Below are positions 42,871 to 55,320 of a stretch of DNA of 64,000 nucleotides, one piece after another. The translations under genes and the position numbers were made by a program. Positions within the stretch are counted from its first letter, which is position 1. The number at the start of each line of letters is the position of its first letter. Below the pieces are notes generated by a model. The model did not search any database. It was not told where the DNA came from and saw only the letters and a list, made by a program, of their open reading frames with translations. Origin of the DNA: Octopus sinensis (lineage: Eukaryota); the NCBI RefSeq assembly GCF_006345805.1, contig NC_043021.1:25296001-25360000 (forward strand), in the 5' to 3' direction.

Positions 42871-43690
42871 CATGAGACAACTCTGTTGACACCAATCCAT
42901 CTGTGGCCATCCTTGCTTGATAAAAACTTCTTGTTTAGAGGTCATTTAAATTAAACCCGTCCATCAAAATTTCATATTTATTCATATTCCAAAGACCCAG
43001 CTTAAAAATGAGTTGTTTTAATAATTTCTTTGTTATTTTCAAACTTAATTGCAACAAAAGCAAAAGCATTGTATTTCAACAGAAATATAAGGAAACGGTT
43101 AAGAATGGGGACAGATTGTGGTTTCAAACACTGGCGGCTTTGGGTCTGCTTCTCTGTAAGTCCAGTCTTGGTCAAGAGACATCAAACGACATTACACAGC
43201 CAAAAGCTTCCTGTTAATATTACCAGTGAACACTTTTCATTTATTTTATCTAGTTTCAGCTCACGAGTTGTGGCCATGCTGGGGCACTGCCATTTGTTCA
43301 TACTTCAATGTTCTTCAATATATTTTCCTCAACTTGCTTTATACTTACGATAAAAAAAAAACAACACAAAAACAGAAAACATAAGAAGTTGCTACATTGT
43401 TCTCTATTTACATAAAATACAATGTTTTTTTATTCATGGAGCAAAATATTGATTTTTTTTTTTTTTCACTTTTACTCCAGAGATGAGAATTCACTTAAAG
43501 CACTTTTACTCTGGAGTTGCTGTAAACTCTTTGCACTTTCACAACCTCGTCTCTCTGGGGTTAATATTAATGACTTGTGAATGCAAATTGTACATTTCTA
43601 ACACTCTGCACTAGTACATGTGCATTCTCTTGCAGCAAAGTGCAGTGTATGCATCTACTGCCTGTTTTGAAAATAATTATTTATTTTTCA

Positions 43691-44092
43691 TAGGCATAGG
43701 AGTGTCTGTGTGGTAAGTAGCTTGCTTACAAACCACATGGTTCTGGGTTCAGTCCCACTGCGTGGCACCTAGGGCAAGTGTCTTCTACTATAGCCTCGGG
43801 CCGACCAAAGCGTTGGATTTGGTTGATAGAAACTGAAAGAAGCCTGTCGTATATATGTATATATATATGCATGTGTTTGTGTATATGTTTGTGTGTCTGT
43901 GTTTGTCCCCCCAACATTACTTGACAACTGATGCTGGTGTGTTTACGTCCCCGTAACTTAGCGGTTCGGCAAAAGAGGATGACAGAATAAGTACCAAGCT
44001 TACAAATAATAAATCCTGGGGTCGATTTGCTCGACTAAAGGTGGTGCTCCAGCATGGCCACAGTCAAACGACTGAAACAAGTAAAAGAGTAA
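43691..44092 (+). mobile_element. SINE family A (full length)
   Basis: Same head, body and GTAAAAGAGTAA tail as 14609-15024. Confidence 0.88.
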
Positions 44093-47000
44093 TGAGTTTA
44101 TAATGAACATTTGAACTGTTGGTGTACTGAGGTATATTCGGGCCCCTTATTTCCAGTGCCATGGATAAAAAAAATGAGGTTCAAAATCACTGCTTTCCAT
44201 GGTTACTCAATTAGTAGAAATAGCAGCCAAATCTTCCTCATGCCATAATTTGTTTTATTCAGATGACGTTGAGTAGTGATACATTCTACCTGACAAAAGG
44301 GTACTCTATATATATGATAAAAAGTGGGATGGTCATGTTTGGCTTGCCTTTGACCAAATCACTGATTTAATCTGACTTGAAGTCACTTTTTCTTTTTTCC
44401 AAATAAGCAGTTGTTAACGAGCCCAAATATTCTTCTTGTTTTGTGCCCAAACTGGCCAGATCCAGCCTATCACACATAGCCTACAATGTCATTCTAAATA
44501 TAAACAACCATCTCATCAAAATGTGAGAGCTATGAGATAATGTGTGATTAATTACAAACAATATGAATAAATAAGTATTAGATTTGAGAGAGTAATGTGA
44601 ATGCTAAATGGTTAATTCGCATCTGGAAATATTTCTTTGTGTTTCTAGGCAAAATGTTTCCTTCTAAATTGTCTCAGTCGACCGAAATCACAGAAACAGC
44701 AATGAGATCATCTAACAATGTGCTCTGAGATACAATTATTCTAGTTTAAGTTTTGCTGATACTGATGACCACCCTCACTCACTTTGGATTGTGTATCGGG
44801 CAAAGATGTAGTTTTGTGGTTGAGAAGTTTGCTTCTCAACCACATGGTCCTGAGTTCAGTTCCACTGCATGTTACTTTGGATGTCTTCTACAATAGCTCT
44901 GGGCTGAACAAAATTTTGTAAGCAGATTTGGAGGATGGAAACTGAAAGAAGCCCATTGTGTGTCTTGTCTAGATATCACATGATGGTTGTGAATAAAATT
45001 GATCATTCAAGCAAAGCTATTTTCAGTCTTCCATGAAAAATATGTCCGGCTATTGGAAAATCTGACCCTGCTTGAATACAAATGAAGGTTTGTGACAGGG
45101 CATCCAGCTATACAAGAATCTGCTCAACAAATTCCATCTGATTCCTGCCGACATGGAAAAGCGGACATTGAAACACTGATGATGAATCTGTCGAGGTATG
45201 AACAGAAAATAAAGCTTTTCAAATTCAAAAGAAATGCCAGGTCCCTACTGGCAGTGCCAAAGCATCCCCAAAGCCATGGCTCTAAGATTCTTTCAGCTCT
45301 GATCAGTTTTACTGATTCTCTACAAAGCTCCAAACCCCCATTAGTGAGCATCACTGATATGGAATGAAATCAGATTGCCCCCCCCCCCCACACCATCCAT
45401 AAGAAGGCCATTCAACTAATTGGCAGTAATTCAACCACCAACATATAATATCTCACAGATAGCTGGCTTCTTCCTTCACAGCCAGCAACTGTTGATCTAC
45501 TCTCTCTACTCCCCCCCCTCCTGCCATCTCTCTGAAAGAGCCGCATTCATTCATTCATCCTCAAAGTTTTTCACTTAGTGGTACACTGAAGAAGATCAAG
45601 TTTAGAAAGAAAGAAAAATATTGTCCCACATGGAAAACTAAAAAAAATTTTCTTTTTAAAGTTGAGAGAAAAAAATCTAGAAATCTTATTCCTTTGTTTG
45701 TTGCTCATATTTGTAAGGTTGTGGTTTGGCAGAGTTGTCTGTGAGTCAGATAAAAGGCCAAGCGGCAGCACTTCCACCTGGTTCTTTGTTCTGATTTCAA
45801 ACCCTGCAAGACCATCTTTGCCCATCGTTCTTTCAGGGTCAGTCATGCTGATCCCAGTCAAGTGCTGTGACCAATGTAATCGACTGACTGCCCCATGCCT
45901 AAATTTTAGGACTTTGTGCCAAAATGTGAAACATTTATTACATGTACAGGTCTGGTTGTGTGGTTAAGAAGCTTGCTTTGCGACCATGTGGTTTTGGGTT
46001 CAGTCCCACTGTGCAACACCTTGAGTAAGTGTTTTCTACTGTAGCTCCAGGCTGGCCGATTCCTTGTGAGTGAATTTGGTAGGCAGAAACTGTGTGGAAG
46101 CCCATCACACATGCATGCACACATGCACACACACACACACGTGTGCATGTCTGTTTCCCCCCCACCACTTGACAGCCTTTGTTAATTTGTTTTTGTTCTT
46201 ATAACTTAGCAGTTTGGCAAATGAGCCTGACAGAATTAGTACCAGACTTCAAAAAGTTGTGGGGCCAATTTCTTTGACTAAAACCATTCAAGGTGGTGCT
46301 CCACCTTGGCCACAGTCGAATGACTGAAACAAGTAAATGATAAAAAAAAAAAAATACTTGTGTATGTGTAATACTTGTCATACCAGCAGTGAACGGCATC
46401 GTCATTTGGCCGGGCAAACGGCCTGGACTGATTCAGTCATGTTGGTCTTTTGCTAACTGAAATCTTTCGTCTGCAGACACCGTGACCTCTGATGAAAGCA
46501 GGAATTCACTTACTGAAATGGTTGATCTTGCCTGTTGACAGTGCATTGTCTCAATATCTGCTTATAGTTTCCTTTGACTCTAAATTTATAATCTGCCAAA
46601 ATAGTTCACATCCACCTGGCTGCATCCCATGATTTCAACATGACTCTGGCTTGGATGGTCTTTATTATCCGGGACTTGCCAAGGAACTACCTGTGATTTG
46701 GTCTGAGGTTGTTTATTCCCATATCCACAGCTGACTTTAGCCTGTGGCATAGTTACTATAAAACACACACACACAATAATAATTATTCTTAGAGCATTGA
46801 CCAAGATGCATTGTGGCATTGCTTCTAGTTCTTCACTTCCCAAGGTCCAGTGCCACTGAGGTCAACTCTGCCTATCATTCTTCCAAAGTCAATAAAATGA
46901 ATACCATTTCTCAACTAGGTTTGATGGTAGCCAGTAATCTTAGCCCTTAAATTTCTGGTCTTGTGCCTGTATTAGAAACCGTTACCGTTGTTGTCCAGGC

Positions 47001-47261
47001 AGTGAGCTGGCAAAATGCTTAGCGGCATTTCTTGTCTTCACACTCTGAGTTCAAATTCCACTCTGGTTGACTTGCCTTTCATCGTTTTGGGGTTTGATAA
47101 AACGAGTACCAGTTGAGGACTGGGGTCGTTGGAATCGACTGGACTGCCTCCCCTCTCTCCAAGATTCCTGGCCTTGTGCCAAAGTTTGAAACCATTACTT
47201 TTTAATCGGTAGAAAATTACAAAAGTGACTCAAGAGCAGAGAGTTTAGTTATGTCAAACCC

Positions 47262-49627
47262 TGTGTGTGTGTGTGTGTGTGTGTGTAATGTATGAATATT
47301 CACAAGCACACCTTCCTTTGCCTACTCATCAAGCCGTGGAGCAGATAATTACCCCACCCCCATCACCAACATCAATAAAACATACAAATGTAAGGGAGAT
47401 AATTATATAATATATAGAAAATTTCTGATTGAGTCAGAAAAAATATGTTGGAGAGGTGAGTGGGGGGTTGGAGAGATGGTGTACTGGAATTAATTAATCA
47501 CTCCATCATTTCTAGCTTTGATGAGTTCGAAAGCAAGAGTCGGTACTAACAACCTATACTGGGCTTCATTGATTCTAAAGAAACTATCCATTATTGCTTA
47601 GTGAGGTCTGTGGTGTGTTAATAGCCAGGTGGTTAGGACTCTGTCTTCGTTTTGGGTTTGCCCTAACCAGTGGCAGTAGCTGGGTAGTTTTTCAGTTTTA
47701 CCTGTAAAAGGCTTTCTTTTCGTTGAGACGGAAGCAAAGGGATAGAGCCCATGCAAATTTGTAGGTGTCTCAAGCACTGTTGGGGGCCAGGCAAATATGT
47801 TGAGCGATTATAGCCCCCACCTCTTTAAAGTGTATCGAAAAGAAATTAAATGCTAAAAAAAAAAAAAAATGCCGACACCTCAGAGAACGAGAAAGTGATC
47901 TGACCATTGATGATGATAATGACGTTTGCGAAGAAGAAGAAGAAGAAGCAGGAACGGTTAAATGATGAAACAACTTGGTTCAGTAACATTCCTTTGAGCA
48001 GGGTTGTTGACGGAATGAAAGGCGAAGCAGCGTGGCAATAAAATGAAGAATAAAAATTGCAGCATTCCACTTTATATTGGTAAAGGGAAGGTGTGTGTGT
48101 GTGTCAGTGCGCGCAAGAGCCAGGTAATAGAAATGATTTGCCACATTCAGGAAGCGAGCAATAAACCTCTGAGATAAACGAAGAAAGACAAGCTAAAAAG
48201 AAAAAAACAACGATGAGGAACTAGCCTGAAAGAAATGTCTGGATGTAAATAAACCGGCAACAACAACAACAAGAATACATGGAATGACTGGCAGTATTTC
48301 CTCCTCTTCTTTATAAATAGAAAAGCCTCGGCTGTTAAAAATATATACAGGCCCAAAAATGGTGTCCGTTTCAGTTACGTATGAAGATGAGTGGGCGGAG
48401 CATCATCATCATCATCATCATCGTCGTCATTGTGTGTGTGTGTGTGTGTGTGTGTAATGTATGAATATTCACAAGCACACCTTCCTTTGCCTACTCATCA
48501 AGCCGTGGAGCAGATAATTACCCCACCCCCATCACCAACATCAATAAAACATACAAATGTAAGGGAGATAATTATATAATATATAGAAAATTTCTGATTG
48601 AGTCAGAAAAAATATGTTGGAGAGGTGAGTGGGGGGTTGGAGAGATGGTGTACTGGAATTAATTAATCACTCCATCATTTCTAGCTTTGATGAGTTCGAA
48701 AGCAAGAGTCGGTACTAACAACCTATACTGGGCTTCATTGATTCTAAAGAAACTATCCATTATTGCTTAGTGAGGTCTGTGGTGTGTTAATAGCCAGGTG
48801 GTTAGGACTCTGTCTTCGTTTTGGGTTTGCCCTAACCAGTGGCAGTAGCTGGGTAGTTTTTCAGTTTTACCTGTAAAAGGCTTTCTTTTCGTTGAGACGG
48901 AAGCAAAGGGATAGAGCCCATGCAAATTTGTAGGTGTCTCAAGCACTGTTGGGGGCCAGGCAAATATGTTGAGCGATTATAGCCCCCACCTCTTTAAAGT
49001 GTATCGAAAAGAAATTAAATGCTAAAAAAAAAAAAAAATGCCGACACCTCAGAGAACGAGAAAGTGATCTGACCATTGATGATGATAATGACGTTTGCGA
49101 AGAAGAAGAAGAAGAAGAAGCAGGAACGGTTAAATGATGATGAAACAACTTGGTTCAGTAACATTCCTTTGAGCAGGGTTGTTGACGGAATGAAAGGCGA
49201 AGCAGCGTGGCAATAAAATGAAGAATAAAAATTGCAGCATTCCACTTTATATTGGTAAAGGGAAGGTGTGTGTGTGTGTGTGTCAGTGCGCGCAAGAGCC
49301 AGGTAATAGAAATGATTTGCCACATTCAGGAAGCGAGCAATAAACCTCTGAGATAAACGAAGAAAGACAAGCTAAAAAGAAAAAAACAACGATGAGGAAC
49401 TAGCCTGAAAGAAATGTCTGGATGTAAATAAACCGGCAACAACAACAACAAGAATACATGGAATGACTGGCAGTATTTCCTCCTCTTCTTTATAAATAGA
49501 AAAGCCTCGGCTGTTAAAAATATATACAGGCCCAAAAATGGTGTCCGTTTCAGTTACGTATGAAGATGAGTGGGCGGAGCATCATCATCATCATCATCAT
49601 CGTCGTCATTGTGTGTGTGTGTGTGTG
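47262..49627. repeat. Tandem duplication, two ~1.17-kb units bounded by (TG)n
   Basis: 47287-48430 and 48456-49609 match; the differences seen are three STR lengths (+4, +3, +3 nt). Confidence 0.95.
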
Positions 49628-49801
49628 GTGGAACGTCGGTGCGCAAATGTCTGAGAATGTGAGAGAGAGAGGAAGGAAGATGCGAGAAGAAAAGGATCAA
49701 AAGGTTGAGTGTGGAAGAGGGGGGGAGCATGTCAGGTTGGAGAGGTCGCGCTGGGGATAAATGGAAAGGTGAGCGAGAATGTGTATGCGTGTGTATGTAT
49801 G

Positions 49802-49860
<59 letters not shown>

Positions 49861-49996
49861 ATAATTAAGGGACCCTTAATTATTGTTATAATTATATATA
49901 AAACTTCTTGTATAAGTTTTTACCGAATATGGTTCCTTTCCATACCGAAACTAATTGGTGAAATTTATTAATTATAAATTAATAATTTTTTTACCC

Positions 49997-50032
<36 letters not shown>

Positions 50033-50448
50033 GATATATATACACGTACAAGTAAGCTTAGAGTTTTGCCTTGAAAACCTAGCGGAATACGTGATACTTG
50101 TTTTCAGTCAGGTTCTGTGGCCACGCTGGAGCACTGCCACTGATGTGTTTGTTTGTTTATATCATTTCACTTTCACCAACAAAATTAACGAAAATAAAAT
50201 AAATCCGGTTTTTCGCATGTAATTTTTTTTTCTTAATAACGAAATTGGATGATCCCCGCTTCACGAAAAGTTTGTCTGAAGGATAAATAGCTGAATAAAT
50301 TAATAAATTACAAGGATATATTTTAATGAATTAGAATTGCTAATTAAAGAAGGAAAAAAATTTTCCCGCTGTCTGTAAAACTACATCGCAATTGCGTGGG
50401 GGTGGGTAACTATGTTCTTCCACCCTTCTTTCTTTGTGTGTGTGTGTA

Positions 50449-50480
<32 letters not shown>

Positions 50481-50481
<1 letters not shown>

Positions 50482-50676
50482 TTTTACTTACTTCACTCAT
50501 TTGACTGCGGCCATGCTGGGGCATCGCATTCAGTCAAGCAAATCTATCCTAGGACTTATTCTATCGGTGTCTTTTTGCCGATCTGCTAAGTTACGGGACG
50601 TAAACACACCAGCATCGGTTGTCAAGCGACGTTTGGGGTGGGGGGACACAAACACATAAACACACACACACACATG

Positions 50677-50711
<35 letters not shown>

Positions 50712-50869
50712 GACGGGCTTCTTTCAGTTTCCGTCTACCAAATCCACTCACAAGGCTTTGGTCGACCCGAGGCTATAGCAAAAGACACTTGCCCCAGGTG
50801 CCACGCAATGAGACTGAACTCGGAACCAAGTGGTTGGTGAGCAAGCTACTTACCAACAGCCACTCCTAT
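50481..50869 (-). mobile_element. SINE family A
   Basis: Reverse complement of the family A sequence, with a small internal deletion. Confidence 0.85.
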
Positions 50870-51071
50870 ATACATATAATTCGACAGAAAGTTACGAAAG
50901 TGTTTCAAGGGCCGAGAGTTTTTTGTAAGCGTTACTTATCACTCCTTGGTGTCGTGCACGAAATTCTCGGGCCTTGAATCACTTTTGTAATACACTGCTA
51001 ATTATTATTATTATTAATGGTTTCAAATTTTGGCACAATGCCAGCAATTTCGAGCGAATAGGCATGTCAAT

Positions 51072-51296
51072 TTACTCTTTTACTCTTTTACTTGTTTCAG
51101 TCATTTGACAGTGGCCATGCTGGAGCACCGCCTTTAGTCGAGCAAATCGACCCCAGGACTTATTCTAGTACTTAGCCTAGTACTTATTCTATTGGGTCTC
51201 TCTTGCCAAACCGCTAAGTTACGGGGACATAAACACACCAGCATCGGTTGTCAAGCGATGTTGAGGGGACAAACACAAACACACACACGCATATAG

Positions 51297-51327
<31 letters not shown>

Positions 51328-51493
51328 TACGGCAGGCTTCTTTCAGTTTCTGTCTACCAAATCCACTCACAAGGCTTTGGTCGACCCGGGGCTATAGTGG
51401 AAGACACTTGTCCAAGGTGCCACGCAGTGGGACTGAACCCAGAACCATGTGGTTGGTAAACAAGCTACTTACCACACTGCCACTCCTGCGCCT
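51072..51493 (-). mobile_element. SINE family A, nested in a family B-related fragment
   Basis: Full-length copy flanked by the two halves of GGTTTCAAATTTTGGCACA...TTACATTGACCCCCAGTAC. Confidence 0.85.
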
Positions 51494-54446
51494 GGGGTCA
51501 ATTACATTGACCCCCAGTACTTGATTGGTACTTATTTAATAATAACAATAATAATAATATACACACACGTTCATTGACTTCCATTTAGCCTGGTTGTTCT
51601 ACCAAACAGACTCCTATATACATAATGTGTGTGTTTCTCCCACATACTTCTCTCAGCAGTTCTTCCTTTGCACATATTCATTTAATATCCAGTACTTGAA
51701 GCATGCATTACCAGGCAGGCTTTCAAGTCGCAAATGCACCGATTACTCCTCTAATTGACGTGATTGACGCCATTCATTTGCAATAATTCATTTTCCAGGA
51801 GTAAATCTCCTTTAATTCCCATTTTACGGCAGTAAAATAATAATAATAATAATGATGAATTGAATCCTACATGCTTTTATTGCTGAATAGTTTTGCTTTT
51901 AAATGTAGTTCTTGGACACATTTTGAATCCTGCCGTGTCCTGAAGCACCAATATCTAATTGGCTGCAACCTTTTAAGTATGGCAAAGTATGCAGCTGAGG
52001 CAAAAATATTGTCTCACAAAAGAAAATCTATTCATAAACAAACAGCAGAGATCCAGCTATTGGGAGTTCTGTGACTGGATGCTTGTTAGCTAACACTGAT
52101 ACATCTGAAAATACAATCAAAACAATAGTTAAAATATTACTGGGTGTATTTTAGTTTAGGATGGTAAAATAGGAATTAACCTCACTTGGTTTGCATAAAT
52201 ATGAAGTTTTTGTTCTTCTACTTTAGTGAAAGGAACACTTGTAAATAACAAGCATTAATTACAGACTTGGTGTGTTTTGATCAAAATGAAAGCAAACACA
52301 ATCTTGGGTAACGAGGGCTCTAATAACGAGGAAAAGAATAATGACAGACATCTTGATTTGAAATAGCATGCAAAGAGGCCATGCTGTTGAGGGGACATGC
52401 ATTTCTGCTGCATTGCAGATTCATTTCATTAGTTGTGTTTCAAATCAGGATGCCTCTCTATCCTTCAATTGAAAACACACACACACACACACGTACACAG
52501 ACGTTGAGGTGCAAAGCAAGGTACATCATGTCATATTGCTGCAGTCTACTCAGCTGTAATTAGGTACCATCCAAGTTCTGGTGCAGCAACCCTTTCTCTT
52601 TCCTTCCAGTTGGGTGGAGGGTACAAGGGCTGAGTTAGGGGTCGTTGGCCACTCATGATTATGGAGACAATGAATGGAAGCATGATACAAGCCATGCGGT
52701 CATACTCACTTGTCAGTGATGGCTAAGTATATCCGTCCGTCCGTCTGTCCGTGCATGTGTGTGTACAAGCTTGGAGGAACAAAGATAATTAGATCTTAAT
52801 TTATGAGTTTAACCAATAGAAAATTACTAAAGTTAGTCATCATCATCAGCTGTCCATTTTCCATGCTGGCAGGGGTTGGACAGTTTGAGAGGAGCTGACA
52901 AGCTTGAGATCTGCACCAGGCTCCACTTGTGTTTCAGCATGGTTTTTATGGTTGACTGCCCTTCCTAATGCCAACCACTTTGCAGTGTGCACCAAGTGCT
53001 TTGTACATGGCACTAGCAATGGTGAGCTTGCAAGACAAGAATCTCTCAGCTGAGAGAGGCTGTGCATCCACAGTTTCTAATTCACTCTCTGTAAAGAAGC
53101 AAACTCTCAGATTTGAAGTCAGTTTGGTAAGGAGCCCTGCACGGAACTCTGAAATCTTGAGTCACTTTGGTAAATTTGTATCAATTAAAAATTATAACGA
53201 ACAAGAAGCAACAGGAGAGGATAAGCTTCTGATCACAATTATTATTTGATACTGAGAAAGGTTATCAGCCTCCTTGTGGTTGTTTAACGTCCCCTTTTCA
53301 ATGCTGGCATGGGTTGGATAAAGATAATTGTTATGCTCTTCTGGACATTGTCTTTCTTTGGAATCAGGTGTAGTGGGGTAGGTGGGGGAGATCAAGAACA
53401 TCCATTCTGTTAGTATTTCTTCTTTAATGCTTGGTCACTCGCAGACAACCAAGGAATATTGAAAATGGTGCCACTACAAAGTGCCACCTTTTTTTCTCAA
53501 AGTATTCATATTTTGGTACTTTTTTTTTTGTTTTTCTTTTGTTGTTGTAGACATCATTATTGCATTGCTTCTGACCCAGCCTTGTTTTCTCGGACAAATC
53601 TTTCTGCTAACTACCCTTTCCTAGGACCCATTCCAAGCTACACTCTGTGATGGTATCTGACCCATCTTGGTCTTTCTGTTTTTATCTGTTTGCTCATCCA
53701 AAAGATCACCATTTGATTGGTTGACTGGCAATGATCACGCTCTGACCCCACTGGCTTATTGACCAACACACTCTGACCCCACTGACTCATAGATATTCTA
53801 TTTCATGTACAGCTACTACAACAACCCTTGTCCCTTCACTGGGTCAACTCAACACACCAGTTTCTTATTTTCTCGTCTTCCCTTCCATCTCACCCCCCCC
53901 CCCGCCCCCACTTTCTACACTAAGCCATTCTTAATCTTTCAACACCAGAACTGATACTTTTTAAGATTAAAGCCACATTTCCTCTTCAGATATTCTATAC
54001 TAATCTAATCCATATTTGTCTCTCTAATCTAAGACATCCTGCAAGAATCACAGGTATTGATTCTTCTATCACTAAATAAGAACAGTTGAAATGCTATTGC
54101 AAAGACCATCTTCACAACTGCCTGAAATCCAGTGCAAGATGGTCCAACCTCACACTTCTCCAAATTAATCAAATGTAAAGCAGTGTATTTTAACAGAAAT
54201 ATGGTAACAAAAAGCTTAAAATGATCTTTGATCAAAATTCTTCATTAGCCTATGTTCCAAATACCATTTTTTAATAATGACAGCTATTTTATAAAATAAA
54301 GGATTACTTTCAAAATTAGGTGAAAGAAAGGCATTATATTCAAATGAAAAATGATAACAAAAAGAAAGTAAACAAATTTAAATAATATCTAAAGATATTG
54401 AGGTATTCTGTGAGATATTAATATTTTTTCTTTTTTCTTTTAACAG

Positions 54447-54699
54447 GTTGGCCGTGTTGCACATGACTGCGCATTGGTGACCGGCCATCGGGCTGCAGTC
54501 CTCGATATTGCCTTTTGTCCACACAACGACAACATCATTGCAAGTGCCTCAGAAGATTGTTCCATCAAAATCTGGATGATACCAGACGGTGGGCTTGTAA
54601 CTTGTATGACAGAATCTGTTGTCGACCTTCTGGCTCATCAGAGGCGAGTTGGAATTGTTGTGTGGCATCCTTCGGCACACAATATCCTTCTCAGTGCAG
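54447..54699 (+). CDS. coro: Coronin coding exon 2 (WD40 repeats)
   Basis: Polypyrimidine tract + TAACAG acceptor; [84 protein letters not shown](G); donor G|GTAAGC at 54700, phase 1. Confidence 0.97.
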
Positions 54700-55124
54700 G
54701 TAAGCAATTCAATTTTCTCTCTCTCTCTCCCTAAATGTATTGTTACATGAGACTGATCACCATGACAACATCATCATCTGACATTAGTCACAGTTTAAAG
54801 TGTCACTGCGTCATCATCAGGGTGGCTACAGGTGGTGGTCATGTCAGATATGGCTGTGTAGTTAGTTTTGAGTTCAGTCCCATTGTGTGGCACCTTGGGC
54901 AAGTGTTTTCTTCTATAGTCCTGGACCAACCAAAGCCTTATGACTGGATTTGGTAGATGGAAACTGAAAGAAGCCCGATTGTGTCATCATCGTCCTTTAA
55001 CATTCCTTTTTCCATGCTGGCACAGGTTGGATAGTTTGACATGAACTGAAAAGCCAGAGAACTGCCCTGAGCTAAAGTGTGTGTGTGTGTCTGTCTGTCT
55101 GTCTGTCTTCTCATGGTTGTCGTA

Positions 55125-55320
55125 AATAAGTGTCATTGTCATACAAGCAGTGTCATTCGTTTCTGATCTTCTGTGAAAACGTTTCCAGCTAAGAGAGAAT
55201 ATTACTTCACTTGGAAATGGGTGAGAGTTTGCGACAAGGAGGACGGCTGGCTGTAGAGAATATGCCTCAATGGACAACCTTCTGACCCATGCAAGCACAG
55301 ATGAGTGGACGTTATTGGGT
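55125..55320 (+). mobile_element. Dispersed RTE-tailed repeat, family D
   Basis: GTCATTGTCATACAAGCAGTGTC...GTGAAAAC...GACCCATGCAAGC...GGACGTTA. Related copies at ~9500-9680, 12990-13190, 16520-16715, 27770-27940, 29545-29725, 44980-45185. Confidence 0.7.

Noticed and set aside
46489-46520. Other CTGATGA motifs (5651, 28086, 46489) as hammerheads
   Set aside because: None has a stem II closing directly onto GAAA with matching stems I and III.
49560-49703. Hydrophobic-leader ORF that would join exon 2 in frame via AAG|GTTGAG
   Set aside because: The donor is poor (+3 to +5 mismatched) and the hydrophobic stretch is just (ATC)n(TG)n.
52610-52770. Good + acceptor at 52609 and - donor at 52709 as extra exons
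   Set aside because: Stops in all frames and no partner site; such motifs are expected by chance in 53 kb.
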